64,000 nucleotides of DNA from an uncultured Planctomycetaceae bacterium. GTDB taxonomy: Bacteria; Planctomycetota; Planctomycetia; Isosphaerales; Isosphaeraceae. The notes beneath the pieces are model-generated. The model ran no database searches and was not told the origin of the DNA. It was given only the letters and a program-made list of their open reading frames with translations. The translations under genes and the position numbers were made by a program. Positions 50,801 to 62,367 of this stretch are shown here, in pieces (position 1 is the stretch's first letter; every line of letters begins with the position of its first letter). The DNA lies in assembly GCA_963833985.1 (NCBI GenBank), contig CAWIAD010000001.1, positions 2,208,001-2,272,000 on the forward strand, given 5' to 3'.

Positions 50801-52301
50801 CGCCCTCGCGGAGACGATCTCTCAGCTCGCCTGGATGGCCGACCCAGACGGATCCATTTTCTGGTACAACCGGCGCTGGTTCGAGTACACCGGAACCACG
50901 CTCGAGACCATGCAGGGCTGGGGCTGGCAGAGCGTGCATGACCCGGACGTTCTTCCCATGGTCATGGAGAAATGGAAGGCCTGCATCGAGCAGGGCTCGT
51001 CCTTCGAGATGGTCTTCCCGCTCCGGGGGGCCGATGGCCGCTTCCGCTCCTTCATCACACGCTCCGAGCCGGTGAAAGATGCACATGGCGCCGTGGTTCG
51101 CTGGTTCGGCACCTGCACCGACATCGAGGAGCAAAAGCAGGCCGAGGAGGAACTGAAGCGCGCCAATCGTCACAAGGACGAGTTCCTGGCCATGCTGGCG
51201 CACGAGCTGCGCAACCCGCTCTCGCCAATAAGAAACGCCGTTCATTTGCTGAAGTTCGCCAGCCCCGACGATCCCAAGCTCGTCGGTGCACGCGACATGA
51301 TCGACCGCCAGGTGACGCACCTTGTCCGGCTGGTCGACGACCTGCTTGACGTCAGCCGCATCACCCGGGGTCGGATTGATCTGCGGCAAGAGCGCGTGGG
51401 CATCATGTCGATCATCGACTCGGCCATCGAGGCCGCGCGGCCGCTCATCGACGCCCGCCGCCATCACCTGGAAGTCTCATTGCCTGCCGAGCCGCTCGAG
51501 GTCATCGCTGATACCACGCGGCTGGCCCAGGTGATTCTCAACCTGCTGAACAACAGCGCCAAGTACACGCCCGAGGAAGGCCGGATCTCGCTGCACGTGG
51601 AGCGGCAGGGCGACCAGGCCGTGGTCCGTGTTCGAGACAACGGCATGGGCATCGCCCCCGACCTGCTTCCTCGCGTGTTCGAGCTGTTCACTCAGGCCGA
51701 ACGGACACTTGACCGGTCGCAGGGTGGTCTGGGCATCGGCCTGACGATCGTCCGCCGCCTGGTCGAGCTCCAGGGTGGCTCGGTCGATGCGTACAGTGCC
51801 GGACCAGGGCAGGGGAGCGAATTCGTGGTCAAGCTGCCGGTCGCGTCCCAGGAGTCCCTCCCGTTGCAGCCTCCCGCGCCCCCGTGGCACGCCAACGGCA
51901 GCAGCGACCGATCGCGCGTGCTGATCGTGGACGACCATGAAGACTCCGCCGACAGCCTCTCGCTGATTCTGGTCCACCTGGGCCACGAGGTGCAGACGGC
52001 CTACGATAGCCAGACGGCGCTTCGTCTCGCCCGCAGCTTCCGCCCCACCATCGTCTTCTGCGATCTGGGACTGCCGGTCATGGACGGCTACGAGGTCGCC
52101 CGCCAGCTCCGCGCGGCTGCCGAGACTCACGAGGCCATCCTCGTCGCCCTCACCGGCTACGGCCAGGCGGAGGACCGCAGGCGATCCGAAAACGCGGGTT
52201 TCCATCACCACATGGTCAAGCCAGTCAGTCCTGATGTACTCCAGGAGTTCCTGGAACTCGCCGCGCAACACCGCGAATGTCCCCAGTCAGTCGCGGAATG
52301 A
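47868..52301 (+). CDS. CheB-CheR-PAS hybrid histidine kinase with REC domain
   Basis: GASSGG, LSGSGTDG; IGVTCFFRD, WVPGCATGQE, CRNLLIY; NEELQSANEE coil; three PAS-like domains; HELRNPL; GLGIGL; DLGLP. Confidence 0.95.
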   Translation: MTHGSPTPYASSERAEKDDPAMGTAPSLVVGIGASSGGLEAIEAFFSAFPRQTGLAFVVVRNEEDEPHAALLEVLSRRCEVPALEARDGTVLVSDQIYVAPPDAIVQLHEGVLSVEQASTPENRRSLIDAFFHSLSDDRRAGCIGVILSGSGTDGTLGLKAISDAGGMTIAQEPQTARYDSMPRSGATLGAADRVLPPEKMAGEILAYSRHVQALLLGDEKGVVYEQIGGALSTICELLERETEHNFKHYKTSTLVRRISRRMSLLRVGSAEDYVARLESDSSEVVALFRELLIGVTCFFRDPDAFESLRQNVVRKILENRGSQDPIRIWVPGCATGQEPYTLAMVMREEMERCRVSCEVQIFGTDINEKSLNTARQGAYPASIAEELGPERLERFFVSQGKRFVAAKEIREMCVFSLHDLIRDPPFSRLDLISCRNLLIYLGPHLQKKLIPLFHYALRPGGFLFLGPSESSVHHRELFKPVDVKHRIAQRLPTTVRSPLTPRHEPLRGNQRAGGETAPASQSDIHLVMQRILLDEFAPKSVVVNGDGQIACASAGMERYLTIGDGLFQNNIIRLARSTLRVGIRSALSEAIESRRTVTKDDLADKTEKGLNRIRLTVQPMPQFGEGSGLYMLVFEDLGPLADRHEGGNFRSDDDANALIEQLEHELQTTRNDLERTIQDIEAANEELKSSNEELLSMNEELQSANEELETSREEVQSINEALMRSNNDLENLLASTQVATIFLDEQRNIQRFTPAVTQIYNLIPGDIGRPLHHITHRASYMPPLPEPGRPFEKCEEVEIQTESGAWYVRRILPYRTAERTQQGLVVTFVDVTDLKRVAATLQDRESRLSLALDAGGMGTWEWNLASNAVRCSDRTLALCSLDPGQATLTAERFFRQMHPDDLVTVRESVRKAIEGEGTYNIEFRVLPAGEPPRWLAARGRVRCGADGQPVSIHGVVFDITPRKNAEESIRQSESQFRALAETISQLAWMADPDGSIFWYNRRWFEYTGTTLETMQGWGWQSVHDPDVLPMVMEKWKACIEQGSSFEMVFPLRGADGRFRSFITRSEPVKDAHGAVVRWFGTCTDIEEQKQAEEELKRANRHKDEFLAMLAHELRNPLSPIRNAVHLLKFASPDDPKLVGARDMIDRQVTHLVRLVDDLLDVSRITRGRIDLRQERVGIMSIIDSAIEAARPLIDARRHHLEVSLPAEPLEVIADTTRLAQVILNLLNNSAKYTPEEGRISLHVERQGDQAVVRVRDNGMGIAPDLLPRVFELFTQAERTLDRSQGGLGIGLTIVRRLVELQGGSVDAYSAGPGQGSEFVVKLPVASQESLPLQPPAPPWHANGSSDRSRVLIVDDHEDSADSLSLILVHLGHEVQTAYDSQTALRLARSFRPTIVFCDLGLPVMDGYEVARQLRAAAETHEAILVALTGYGQAEDRRRSENAGFHHHMVKPVSPDVLQEFLELAAQHRECPQSVAE

Positions 52302-52682
52302 ACGCGCCAAGGCGACCCTGCGCAGCAAGTGGACCGGCTCCGCAGGCTTGATGATGTGCTCGTCGAAACCGCACTCCAGCGCGCGGTCGCGATCATCGGA
52401 AGATCCGTACGCGGTCTGGGCGATGAGCACCATCCTGTGAGGCAGCTTCGCGCGAATGGCCCGGGCGACGTCGTATCCCGTCATGCCCGGCATGGCAATA
52501 TCGACGAAGACCACGTCAGGCAGGCCCGCGATCGCCTTGCGCAGGCCTTCCTGACCGCTATACGCCACTTCGACCTCGCACCCGTAGTGCTCCAGCAGGC
52601 AGCTCAGCGACTCCACGAGATCCGGATTGTCGTCGATGATCAAAACATGACGACCAAGCGGCTTGATGTCATCCCCGTGCAT
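52287..52682 (-). CDS. Single-domain response regulator
   Basis: VLIIDDN, VDIAMPGMTGY, GFDEHIIKP; start uncertain (52682 or 52697). Confidence 0.88.
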   Translation of the reverse strand: MHGDDIKPLGRHVLIIDDNPDLVESLSCLLEHYGCEVEVAYSGQEGLRKAIAGLPDVVFVDIAMPGMTGYDVARAIRAKLPHRMVLIAQTAYGSSDDRDRALECGFDEHIIKPAEPVHLLRRVALARSFRD

Positions 52683-53013
52683 ACCCGCGTCCCCCATGAT
52701 GAACAAGTTGCAATTAAGCAACTTCAGTGCCCAGCCGGCGCGGGGAAAGCGTCCAATTCGTCCAGGAACGGGGTATGGGGACCTCTCAGCAGCTCCGCGC
52801 AGGATACGCGGAGCCACCGTAGAGCTACCTTGGAAAGCGGTGCGCATGGTCTGCGGCGATCCAGCCCGGCCGCGCACCGCCTGGGTGCAAAATATCCGGA
52901 GAGAATTCTCCCGGCCGGTTCATGAGGCTATCGCAAGATGAATCGGCAAGCGTATGATCAATCTTAATTGAGCAGCCGCATTCCCAGGATGGAGCCGGTG
53001 CATACCGATCAGT

Positions 53014-54459
<1,446 letters not shown>

Positions 54460-54555
54460 TCAATTCACACAACCCTCGTCAAAGGGGTGTCGGGAACCCA
54501 GTGGCGGGCGGCTGGCGGCCGGCCGCACGCTCGGTTCCCGACGCCGTTTTGTGGC

Positions 54556-57264
54556 TCAGACGGTGTGCTTCACCTGGCGTGCGTAGCGGCTGGTGAGGGT
54601 GGACATGGGCAGCGTGCGCTGTCTTGGCCTCCGGGAAAGAAGGCCGTAAATGTCCAGCTCGCTTCCCGTCCCCACGAAAACCTGGCCGCCGGCGACCGTC
54701 GGGACCGTGAACTTGACGGCGCTGCCGGCCTGGTCAGCGGGGTTCGAGGCACTGCTGTACAGCTGGGTCACGTTCGAGGCATCATAGGCCGTGAGCACGG
54801 CCGGGCCGCTGTATGGCTCGGCGAAGGCGTTCAGATCCCAGACGATGCCATTGGCCGAGCCATTCGCAGAGATCGTCGTCGAGTCTCCCGTCGGGTTACT
54901 GGACGTTCCGGCCATGGCGATCGGCGTGGTGTCGAAGACCATCGTATCGGTCGAAGGGTCGAGCACCATGCGGAAGGCTTCCAGCGGCGTGTCGCCCGGA
55001 TGAACATAAAGCGTGTTCTTGTAAAAGCTCATCGCACCCCAGAGCCCGATCGAGCTCGAGCGGCTCAGGCTCAGAGAATTCACCGCGAACGTCTGGAGCG
55101 GCGTGCCCAGGCCGCCCATGTTGTTGGCGTCAAACAGGTAGAGCACGCCATTCTTGCCAAGCTCCAGAGCCTCGTTCGGATGCGCGGTGCCGGGGAACGA
55201 AGGCAGCAGGATGGTCCCCGCCGTGCCGAAGTCGAGATCCTTGATGGCAAGGTGCTGATTGTTGCTGGGTGTGAACGACGAGACCAGCGTCATCATCCCC
55301 GGCGTGGGCGCCAGCCGCAACGCGGATGAGCCGTAATCGGGCTGCTGGATGAGGTGCCCGGGTGAGTTCTGGATGATGAACGTGATGCCGTCGCCCAGGG
55401 GGATGCCCGGACCGGCCGTGCTCTGCGTGAAGGTGAAGGTGGTCGTGAAGTTCGTGATGTTCACCGGCAAGTTCGCGAACACCGTGCCATTCTGATCGTC
55501 GGGTCCGGTCATGGTGAGTTGTGCCACGTTCTTGCCAGACATATTCGTGGTGAACATGGCATCGCCGTTGGCAGTCAGGTCGCTTGTGCTGGAGAAGCCG
55601 CTCGCGTGGTCGACAACCGTCGATCCACCCGTGGAATAGCTCCACGAGAGGATCTGGGCAGCCTGCTGGCGGGCGTCATCGCTGGCGCCGAAGCCCACGT
55701 ACGCCGTCGCGCCGCCAACCGCTTGCTGAAGGTTCGCACCTGTGTACGTGTGCGTGAAGATGGCCCCAGTGGTCATATCTTTGATCGTCTCACTCAGGTT
55801 GCTGCCGTCGTAGGAGAGCGTTACCTGGATGTTGTGAGAGCCGGCCTGGTCGGTGGCGGCTTGCTGGAAATTGACGCCCGAGCCGTCGAGCTTGATAAAT
55901 GTGCTGGGGGGCTGGGGTGAAGGACCGGCCATGGCCCCATCATAGAGCAGACCCGTGGAACTGGTGCCTGAGCCCGGGAAAACGGAAGCGAACATGACCG
56001 CCGCGCTGTTGCCCAGCCCGGCATAGCCCAGCCCGGAGTCAGACTCGCCCAGCGCCGTGGCGCCGGGAGGCGTGCTCGCCGTGTACGCGTTGAACGTACC
56101 GTTCCCCGCAGAGATGATCACATCACCGTTCGGGGCGATCACCGGTGCCACGCCGGCCTGCCAGAGCGATCCGCCATAGCCGTCAGGCGTGTCGTTGTAA
56201 ACCGTGACGGGCTGAAGCGTCCGAGCGTCGAAGCCGGCGAGCCAGCCGTGGTACGGAAGCTGGTCGTGGGTCGAGCCGTAAGCGGCGAAGATGACTCCGG
56301 CGGGATGTCCCGGCACATTCATGTCCAGCGCCAGTCCCGGTCGCTGAAGCCCCTGCGTGACCGAGTACTGCACCATGCCATTGGTGGATCCTGATCCGTA
56401 ACCGGGAACCTGAAGGATGGTCTGGTTCGTCTCGCTGTTCGTGGAACTGTTGACCGTGGTGTCGCCCACCACGAAGGGACTGCTCGTCACGCGTCCCGTG
56501 GTCGGATCAATGGCGGCAATCTCCGTGATGTACTGCGGCATGTCATAGGGCGTCTTCTGCACCTTGATCTCTGGCGTCACGTAGATGAGCCCGGTGGCGG
56601 GATCGTAAACCGGCGTGCCGGTGATACCGATGGTGGGAGTGATGTCCGTGGCGTTGATCGGCCCGCTCGGTGCCGGCGTGATTCCCTTCGCCGGATCAAC
56701 GAAGCTGGTGGCCCAGATCAGTCCGTCATGATTGCGCCCTCCGCGCGGGTTGCTGTCGTCGAAGGCGTAGACCGTGTCGTTCTCGGTGGCGACGATCACG
56801 AGGTTGCGCATCGCGCCCCGGCCGTCATGAAGCCGGATTCCCCCCAGGTAAAGTGGCTGTGCATAAACCTGGCCGTCCACCGGGTAGCTCATCTGCTTGC
56901 CAAAGCTTGAGCCGTTCACCTTCGCCGGGGTGAGCGTGATTTCATTGGGATTGACGCCGGTGCGGCTCGTGCCGTCCTGATAGGTGAGCAGCCCGGTCGG
57001 ATTCGACAAGCCGGTGCGCCGCGCAGCGCAGCCCTGCGGACCTGCGCGGGCCAGGCTTCCGGGGTGAGCCGGCGCATCGCGACGCCCTGGCGGCATTGCC
57101 GCGCGTAACTCGTGACGCAGCGCTTCGCGCTGCAATATGGCGGCGTGCAGCGCCTGTCGCATCGCTCCGTAAGCGCTGAGCACGAGCCTCCCTTCCAGCA
57201 ACTCCACCTGGAGATGAGACTGCCGGGACCGCCTGGTTCGCGAGGATGATCGTTTCACAATCAT
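54556..57264 (-). CDS. Secreted PQQ-like beta-propeller protein with L-type lectin insert and LEPR-XLL-type N-terminus
   Basis: LQVELLEGRLVLS; VDGQVYAQPLY, IGITGTPV, YHGW, KFTVPTVAGGQVFVGT; lectin motifs AYVGF and DGITFIIQ. Confidence 0.8.
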   Translation of the reverse strand: MIVKRSSSRTRRSRQSHLQVELLEGRLVLSAYGAMRQALHAAILQREALRHELRAAMPPGRRDAPAHPGSLARAGPQGCAARRTGLSNPTGLLTYQDGTSRTGVNPNEITLTPAKVNGSSFGKQMSYPVDGQVYAQPLYLGGIRLHDGRGAMRNLVIVATENDTVYAFDDSNPRGGRNHDGLIWATSFVDPAKGITPAPSGPINATDITPTIGITGTPVYDPATGLIYVTPEIKVQKTPYDMPQYITEIAAIDPTTGRVTSSPFVVGDTTVNSSTNSETNQTILQVPGYGSGSTNGMVQYSVTQGLQRPGLALDMNVPGHPAGVIFAAYGSTHDQLPYHGWLAGFDARTLQPVTVYNDTPDGYGGSLWQAGVAPVIAPNGDVIISAGNGTFNAYTASTPPGATALGESDSGLGYAGLGNSAAVMFASVFPGSGTSSTGLLYDGAMAGPSPQPPSTFIKLDGSGVNFQQAATDQAGSHNIQVTLSYDGSNLSETIKDMTTGAIFTHTYTGANLQQAVGGATAYVGFGASDDARQQAAQILSWSYSTGGSTVVDHASGFSSTSDLTANGDAMFTTNMSGKNVAQLTMTGPDDQNGTVFANLPVNITNFTTTFTFTQSTAGPGIPLGDGITFIIQNSPGHLIQQPDYGSSALRLAPTPGMMTLVSSFTPSNNQHLAIKDLDFGTAGTILLPSFPGTAHPNEALELGKNGVLYLFDANNMGGLGTPLQTFAVNSLSLSRSSSIGLWGAMSFYKNTLYVHPGDTPLEAFRMVLDPSTDTMVFDTTPIAMAGTSSNPTGDSTTISANGSANGIVWDLNAFAEPYSGPAVLTAYDASNVTQLYSSASNPADQAGSAVKFTVPTVAGGQVFVGTGSELDIYGLLSRRPRQRTLPMSTLTSRYARQVKHTV

Positions 57265-58013
57265 GTCATTCTCCGATGATGTTGAATGCGCGGGCGGAGT
57301 ACCTGAGCAGCAGGCCAGGAGCAAGCCGCGCAGCCCGGCGAACCCGCCTGGACGCGGGACGCGGACCTGCACGACTGTCGGCCTCTCTGAAGCACAGAAG
57401 TCCCGATCCAGGCGGCGGCGTTTCCCCCAGAGCCATCTCCGTGGGCAACTTCCCTGGTGTGGTGGTTCCGGGGCCTGCTTGCCCCTGCGCACGGAGAAAG
57501 AGAGGACGCGGCCGGCATGGCGGAGCCGGTCTGCATTCACCCCGGAATCTGGTTCACGCGGAAAAAGAAGAGCCAGCGGATCTCATGAGCGGTTGACGAC
57601 CCAGTTTCGCCAGGCCATGGCATCGCGGGCGGAACCATATGAACCGGTGCATTGCACAGCAAGGTGCGTGCCGTCCTGGTGCCACGAGCGGTCCCTTTCG
57701 TGTTTCTTGCGCGGGTTCCGCGGAACTGGCCCAGCAGAGAGCGCTTCCAGATCGCATGGCGAGAACGGCAGGCAGGCCTGATAGCACATCTTCCAAAAAC
57801 AGATTCGAGATTACAAGGTATAAACCTGTCATGAAATCTGTTTCATGCGCTGGAGACGCGGCACGATCGGCCCGTTCGATCTGGAGGCGAACTTCACAGA
57901 AACCGGTGGCCGGGTAAGATGGTTGCGATGTGCTTCAGGTACGGATACCTCCGCGTGCACCGCGGCAGCCCGGCTGAGCGGCTGGAGGGGCCCGGGATGA
58001 AGGTTCTGTCATC

Positions 58014-58991
58014 ATGATGCGATTTCTCCGCCAGTTTGCGGCAGGTCTCGCCTCGCTACCCTGGCGGCGCGGCACACTGGCCCTGGGCCTGCTTCTTGGA
58101 TCGCTGTGCGCCGTCTCCTGGTACGCGACCGCCCCGCTCGAGGAAACCGACGCAGGCGCCGTCGCCGTCCATTCGAACCGGGGTGCTGCACCACAGCGCG
58201 ATACCGTGCCCGTCCCGCAGCCGGCGGCGGCCGGACCGGATTCCAGCCAGGCCCAACCGGAGATGCCGGAATGGCCGGAGAAACCACTCGAGGGCCAGGC
58301 CGCCAAGGAACTGCTGCTGAGGATGATGCAGGCGGTGGACCGCTCGTTTCACAAGATCGCCTGCTACACGCTCACGTTTCATAAGCAGGTGCGAATCCAG
58401 AGCAAACTTCTTCCCGAGCAGAAGTATTTCATCAAGGTGCGCCAGGACCCGTTTGCAATTTATATGAAAAGCATTGAACCGGTGGCGGGTCGTGAGCTGA
58501 TCTACGCGGAGGGGCACTACGACAACCACGTGATCGGCCATCCGGTGGGCATGGCGCGGCTGCTGGTTCCCCGGCTCAAGGTTCCTCCCGACCATCCCTT
58601 GATCCTCGCGGAAAGCCGCCATCCCTTGAACCAGGCGGGCCTTGGCAACCTGATCCGCAAGCTGGTTGGCTATCGCGAGCAGGACCTAAAGGAGCCCGAG
58701 GCCGTCACGATTCTCGACCGCACTGACACCCCTGACGGCAGGCGCTGGCTGCGTTCGCGCCACATCCATCCCCGGTACCGGCCCGGCCGGCCGCTCGCGG
58801 AGGCCGAGGTTCTCTACGACCCGGATTCCAGGCTCCCCCTGCGTTTCACCGGCCTGGACTGGCCGGCCGATGGAAAGTCGGAAAAACTGCTAGGCGAGCG
58901 CTACTGCTACGACGAGCTCGACACGCGTGCAACGCTCTCGGCCGCCGACTTCGACCCGGCGAATCCGGCGTATGAGTTCCATCGGTTCTAA
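58014..58991 (+). CDS. DUF1571 family exported protein
   Basis: KVRQDPFAIYMK, GRELIYAEG, SRHPLNQAGLG, DFDPANPAYEF. Confidence 0.8.
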   Translation: MMRFLRQFAAGLASLPWRRGTLALGLLLGSLCAVSWYATAPLEETDAGAVAVHSNRGAAPQRDTVPVPQPAAAGPDSSQAQPEMPEWPEKPLEGQAAKELLLRMMQAVDRSFHKIACYTLTFHKQVRIQSKLLPEQKYFIKVRQDPFAIYMKSIEPVAGRELIYAEGHYDNHVIGHPVGMARLLVPRLKVPPDHPLILAESRHPLNQAGLGNLIRKLVGYREQDLKEPEAVTILDRTDTPDGRRWLRSRHIHPRYRPGRPLAEAEVLYDPDSRLPLRFTGLDWPADGKSEKLLGERYCYDELDTRATLSAADFDPANPAYEFHRF

Positions 58992-59000
58992 AGCACAACT

Positions 59001-60076
59001 ATGCATAATTATAAAATCGCTGTTGTTTCCGGTGATGGGATCGGTCCGGAGGTCATCGCCGCCGGCCGGGCCGTGCTGGATGCGGCTGCCGCGCAGGCGG
59101 GCGGATTCGCTCTGGAGTATCTGGACGCCCCCGCGGGCGCGGGGACCTACCAGAAATGCGGCGACGAGCTGCCGGCGTCATCATTGGCCACCTGCCGCGA
59201 CGCCCACGCCATCTTGCTGGGCGCCTGCGGATTGCCCGGCGTGCGGCACCTGGACGGCACCGAGATCACGCCCCAGGTCTGGATCCGCCGCGCGCTGGAC
59301 CTCTATGCCGGCATCCGTCCCGCACGCACGATCGCGGGAGTTCCCGGGCCGCTTGGCCGTGCGCCGGACATCGATCTGGTCATCGTGCGCGAGAGCACGG
59401 AGGGGGCGTTCGCATCGCACGGCCAGTCGAAACCGATCCATGACGAGGTTGTACATGATCTGCTGTCGATCAGCCGCAGGGGAACCGAGCGCGTGGCGCG
59501 GGCCGCCTTCGAGCTCGCCCGCAGGCGCGGCAGGGCGAAACCCAGGGTGACCTGCGTTGACAAGGCGAACGTGTTGCAGTCTTTTGCCTTCTTCCGCAAG
59601 GTCTTCGACGAGGTGGCCACGGGCTACGGCGATATCGAAGTGGATCACCTCTACGCCGATGCGACCGCGCTCGAGCTGGTCCGCAGGCCAGAGCGTTTTG
59701 ACGTCATCGTCACCGAGAACCTGCTGGGCGATATCCTCTCCGACCTTGCCGCCGGTCTCGTGGGCGGCATGGGTATGGCACCCTCCGCGGATATCGGAGA
59801 CCACCACGCGGTGTTCCAGCCCTGCCACGGCACCGCGCCGGACCTGGCGGGGCAGGGGGTGGCCAACCCCATCGCCACCATCCTTTCCTGCGCCTGTTGC
59901 TGGACTACCTGGGACGCAAGTACGACGACCAGGGGGCTGCACAGGCCGCACTCCAGATCGAGCGGGCCGTCGCGATCGTGCTGGCCGACGCTCGCTTCCA
60001 CACCGCGGACCTGGGCGGGACGGCCTCGACCGGAGCGGTCACGATGGCCATCGTGGATCAACTGGGCGGCGCATGA
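59001..60076 (+). CDS. Isocitrate/isopropylmalate/tartrate dehydrogenase family protein; apparent frameshift near 59892
   Basis: GDGIGPEV, VRESTEG, DKANV, ENLLGDILSD, HGTAPDLAGQGVANP; C-terminus TADLGG in the shifted frame, stop at 60076. Confidence 0.9.
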
Positions 60077-60227
60077 GCGCGCTGCGGCGCGGAACGACCC
60101 CGATCGGGAAGTCTGTTCCAGGGTCCGCGGTCGGTGGAGACACTCCTGTTCCGGAGCGGTGCCAGCAGGTACACTGAATGAACCTCTCCGCAAACCTGAT
60201 GGTCTTCCTGGCATTCCAGGGTCTCCC

Positions 60228-60518
60228 ATGATGTACAGCCACGAGGTGATTTGCACACACGCCGATTGTTCCGACACGGCCGTCTACAAGGTGGCGGCAC
60301 GCTGGAGCGACGGCCGGTTCGCGGAGTTGAAGACGTACGGCTTTGCCTGTTCAGATCACCTGGGCGAGGTGTTCCAGGACGCGGAGAATCGCCGGCTGGA
60401 CTACACTCTCTGTCCGGGCGAGGTGATCGAGGAGATGGCGATTTATCGCTACGAACCGGGCAGGCGCGACCGCCAGCTCCAGAGGCTCTGGGGCCTGGAG
60501 GAGAACTACCGCGTCTGA
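60228..60518 (+). CDS. Small Cys/His (possibly zinc-binding) hypothetical protein
   Basis: C-x4-C...AVYKVAARWSDG...ELKTY...C-x2-H. Confidence 0.7.
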   Translation: MMYSHEVICTHADCSDTAVYKVAARWSDGRFAELKTYGFACSDHLGEVFQDAENRRLDYTLCPGEVIEEMAIYRYEPGRRDRQLQRLWGLEENYRV

Positions 60519-61137
60519 CTGCTCGGAAGTCCAGGGCCGTTCCGAGCCGGGGAACGGCCGGAGAAGCTGCGTCTCTGAGAAACGCTGTTCCCGACGGGAG
60601 CGAGAGGCGAATGCCGCGCGGGCAAAGGCGTGGTGGCCCAGCCGCGAACCATCCCCGAAAGGGGCGTGACGCCTGTACCGGCTGGTGCGGCCAGGCGAGT
60701 TCTCACGGCAGTGGCGGGGACCTTGCGTCTTTGCTACGAGCGGATTGACTGGCACAGCTCTCGTCATGGGCGCATGGTCAAAGATTTCGTGCAAGCGGGA
60801 TTGAGCCCTGCCGCTTTGGGGCGACGATATTACGGTCGGTTGAACCGGGCTCGCCTTGCCGAGGGAATCGGTGAGCCGGCGCCGGTGGAAGCCGCGAGAT
60901 GGGTCGTGGACGCGAGTCGCGAACCCCGCTGAACGGATGAGCGTCTCGATGAGTTCATTCCCGGCCGGGCAGCCAGCGCGGCGCGGGAACGCACGCACTG
61001 GATCTGCGGGGATGTCTCACCGTCGGCACGCGGCTGCTGCGGTCCGTGTCGGGATCGTCTGGAGTGGCGAGGGGCGAAAGCTGAAGCGTGAATTCGTTGC
61101 CATGGCCTCACCCGGCGTTCAAGGAGGTAACCAGGAA

Positions 61138-61617
61138 GTGAACATTGTCACGACTCGCTTTGGTCTGATCCAGACCTCCGAATCGGAACTGTACCAGATT
61201 CCCGAGGGGTTGCTCGGTTTCCGTGCATACACCCAGTATCTGCACCTACCCGATCCGGTGGTTGCGGGTCTTTCATGGTTGCAAAGCGTGACCGCGTCCG
61301 ACCTGGCTTTTGGCCTGGTCGCCCCTCCGCTGGCCCTGAGTGATTACCAGATCGACATCCGTCCGGGCGACCGGGCGGCTCTGGAGCTCGAGGACGAGCG
61401 GGACGCTCTGATTTATGTGATTCTCAGCCGCGGCCTGGGGGGAGGGCTGACGGCCAATCTCCAGGGACCGCTTATCTTTAACCCGGTGCGCAGACTCGGC
61501 CGGCAGCTTGTGCTGACGTCCAGCCGGTACCCGGTCCGTTACCCGCTGGAAACCCATACGGTGGCCCCCGCGCCCCCGCTTTATCATGGGCTGGCGCCGT
61601 TGCGTGCCACTGCCTGA
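61138..61617 (+). CDS. fliW: Flagellar assembly factor / CsrA antagonist FliW
   Basis: TTRFG, PEGLLGF, WLQS, TANLQGPLIFN...GRQLVL; AAGGAGG RBS. Confidence 0.9.
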   Translation: MNIVTTRFGLIQTSESELYQIPEGLLGFRAYTQYLHLPDPVVAGLSWLQSVTASDLAFGLVAPPLALSDYQIDIRPGDRAALELEDERDALIYVILSRGLGGGLTANLQGPLIFNPVRRLGRQLVLTSSRYPVRYPLETHTVAPAPPLYHGLAPLRATA

Positions 61618-61748
61618 TCCGTCTGGTTCACCACCAAGTTGGTCTTGGCGCTTCACCATCCCCAGCTCCGTCGTGGTCACCGAGAGCCCGGGCAACGTGA
61701 TCGGGGATGGTCACGAGCCTCGTTGGCAGGAGGAAGGAGCCGAGAACG

Positions 61749-62015
61749 ATGCTGGTCCTGTCCCGACACCGTGACGAAAGTATCATCATCGGCGATGACA
61801 TTGTCATCACCGTGGTGGATATTCGGGGCGATAAGGTTCGACTGGGGATCGCGGCCCCGATCGAGATCTCAGTGCACCGGCAAGAGGTGTACGAGGCCAT
61901 CCAACGCGAGAATCGCCAGGCGAGCCGGCTGGAACCCCAGGACGCTCGCCAGATTGAACGCCTGAACCCGCCCGTGCGGCGCGAGGTTCGCCGTCCCCGC
62001 TCCGACGAGGATTGA
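61749..62015 (+). CDS. csrA: Carbon storage regulator CsrA
   Basis: MLVLSR...ESIIIGDDI...DKVRLGIAAP...VHRQEVY. Confidence 0.96.
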   Translation: MLVLSRHRDESIIIGDDIVITVVDIRGDKVRLGIAAPIEISVHRQEVYEAIQRENRQASRLEPQDARQIERLNPPVRREVRRPRSDED

Positions 62016-62367
62016 GCGCGCCCGAGACGCTCGCTTTCCCAGGCGTTGCACGCTCACGCTGGCCATGGGGGCTACCGGCCGACTCGCGGTTGCCCATGCC
62101 CCGCTCACCACCCGACCCCGCATCCAGCCGGATGTCCGCCGGCGGCCCACGCCGTCGACGGACGTCCGGTTTGCTTGGCGCTGCACCCGCCTCCCCGCAT
62201 TCACTCCCTCTTCCTCCGCGTCTCGCCAGGCAACGCAAGCCGCCAGAGGTGCTGAGGCGCGATCCCGCCCGCAGGATCCGCGCGTATGCCGGAATGCGTC
62301 CTATGATTCTTTTCAGAGAGACCGGGAATCGCTCCCGTGCGCCCTCCCGCATCTCGAGGCCGCCATC

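Noticed and set aside
59001..60518. Apparent 505-aa dehydrogenase fused to a Cys/His domain
   Set aside because: Artefact of the indel near 59892; the real C-terminus ends at 60076 and a separate gene starts at 60228.
60519..61137. Possible CsrB-like sRNA upstream of fliW
   Set aside because: GGA density is not clearly above background and there are no regular GGA-loop hairpins.
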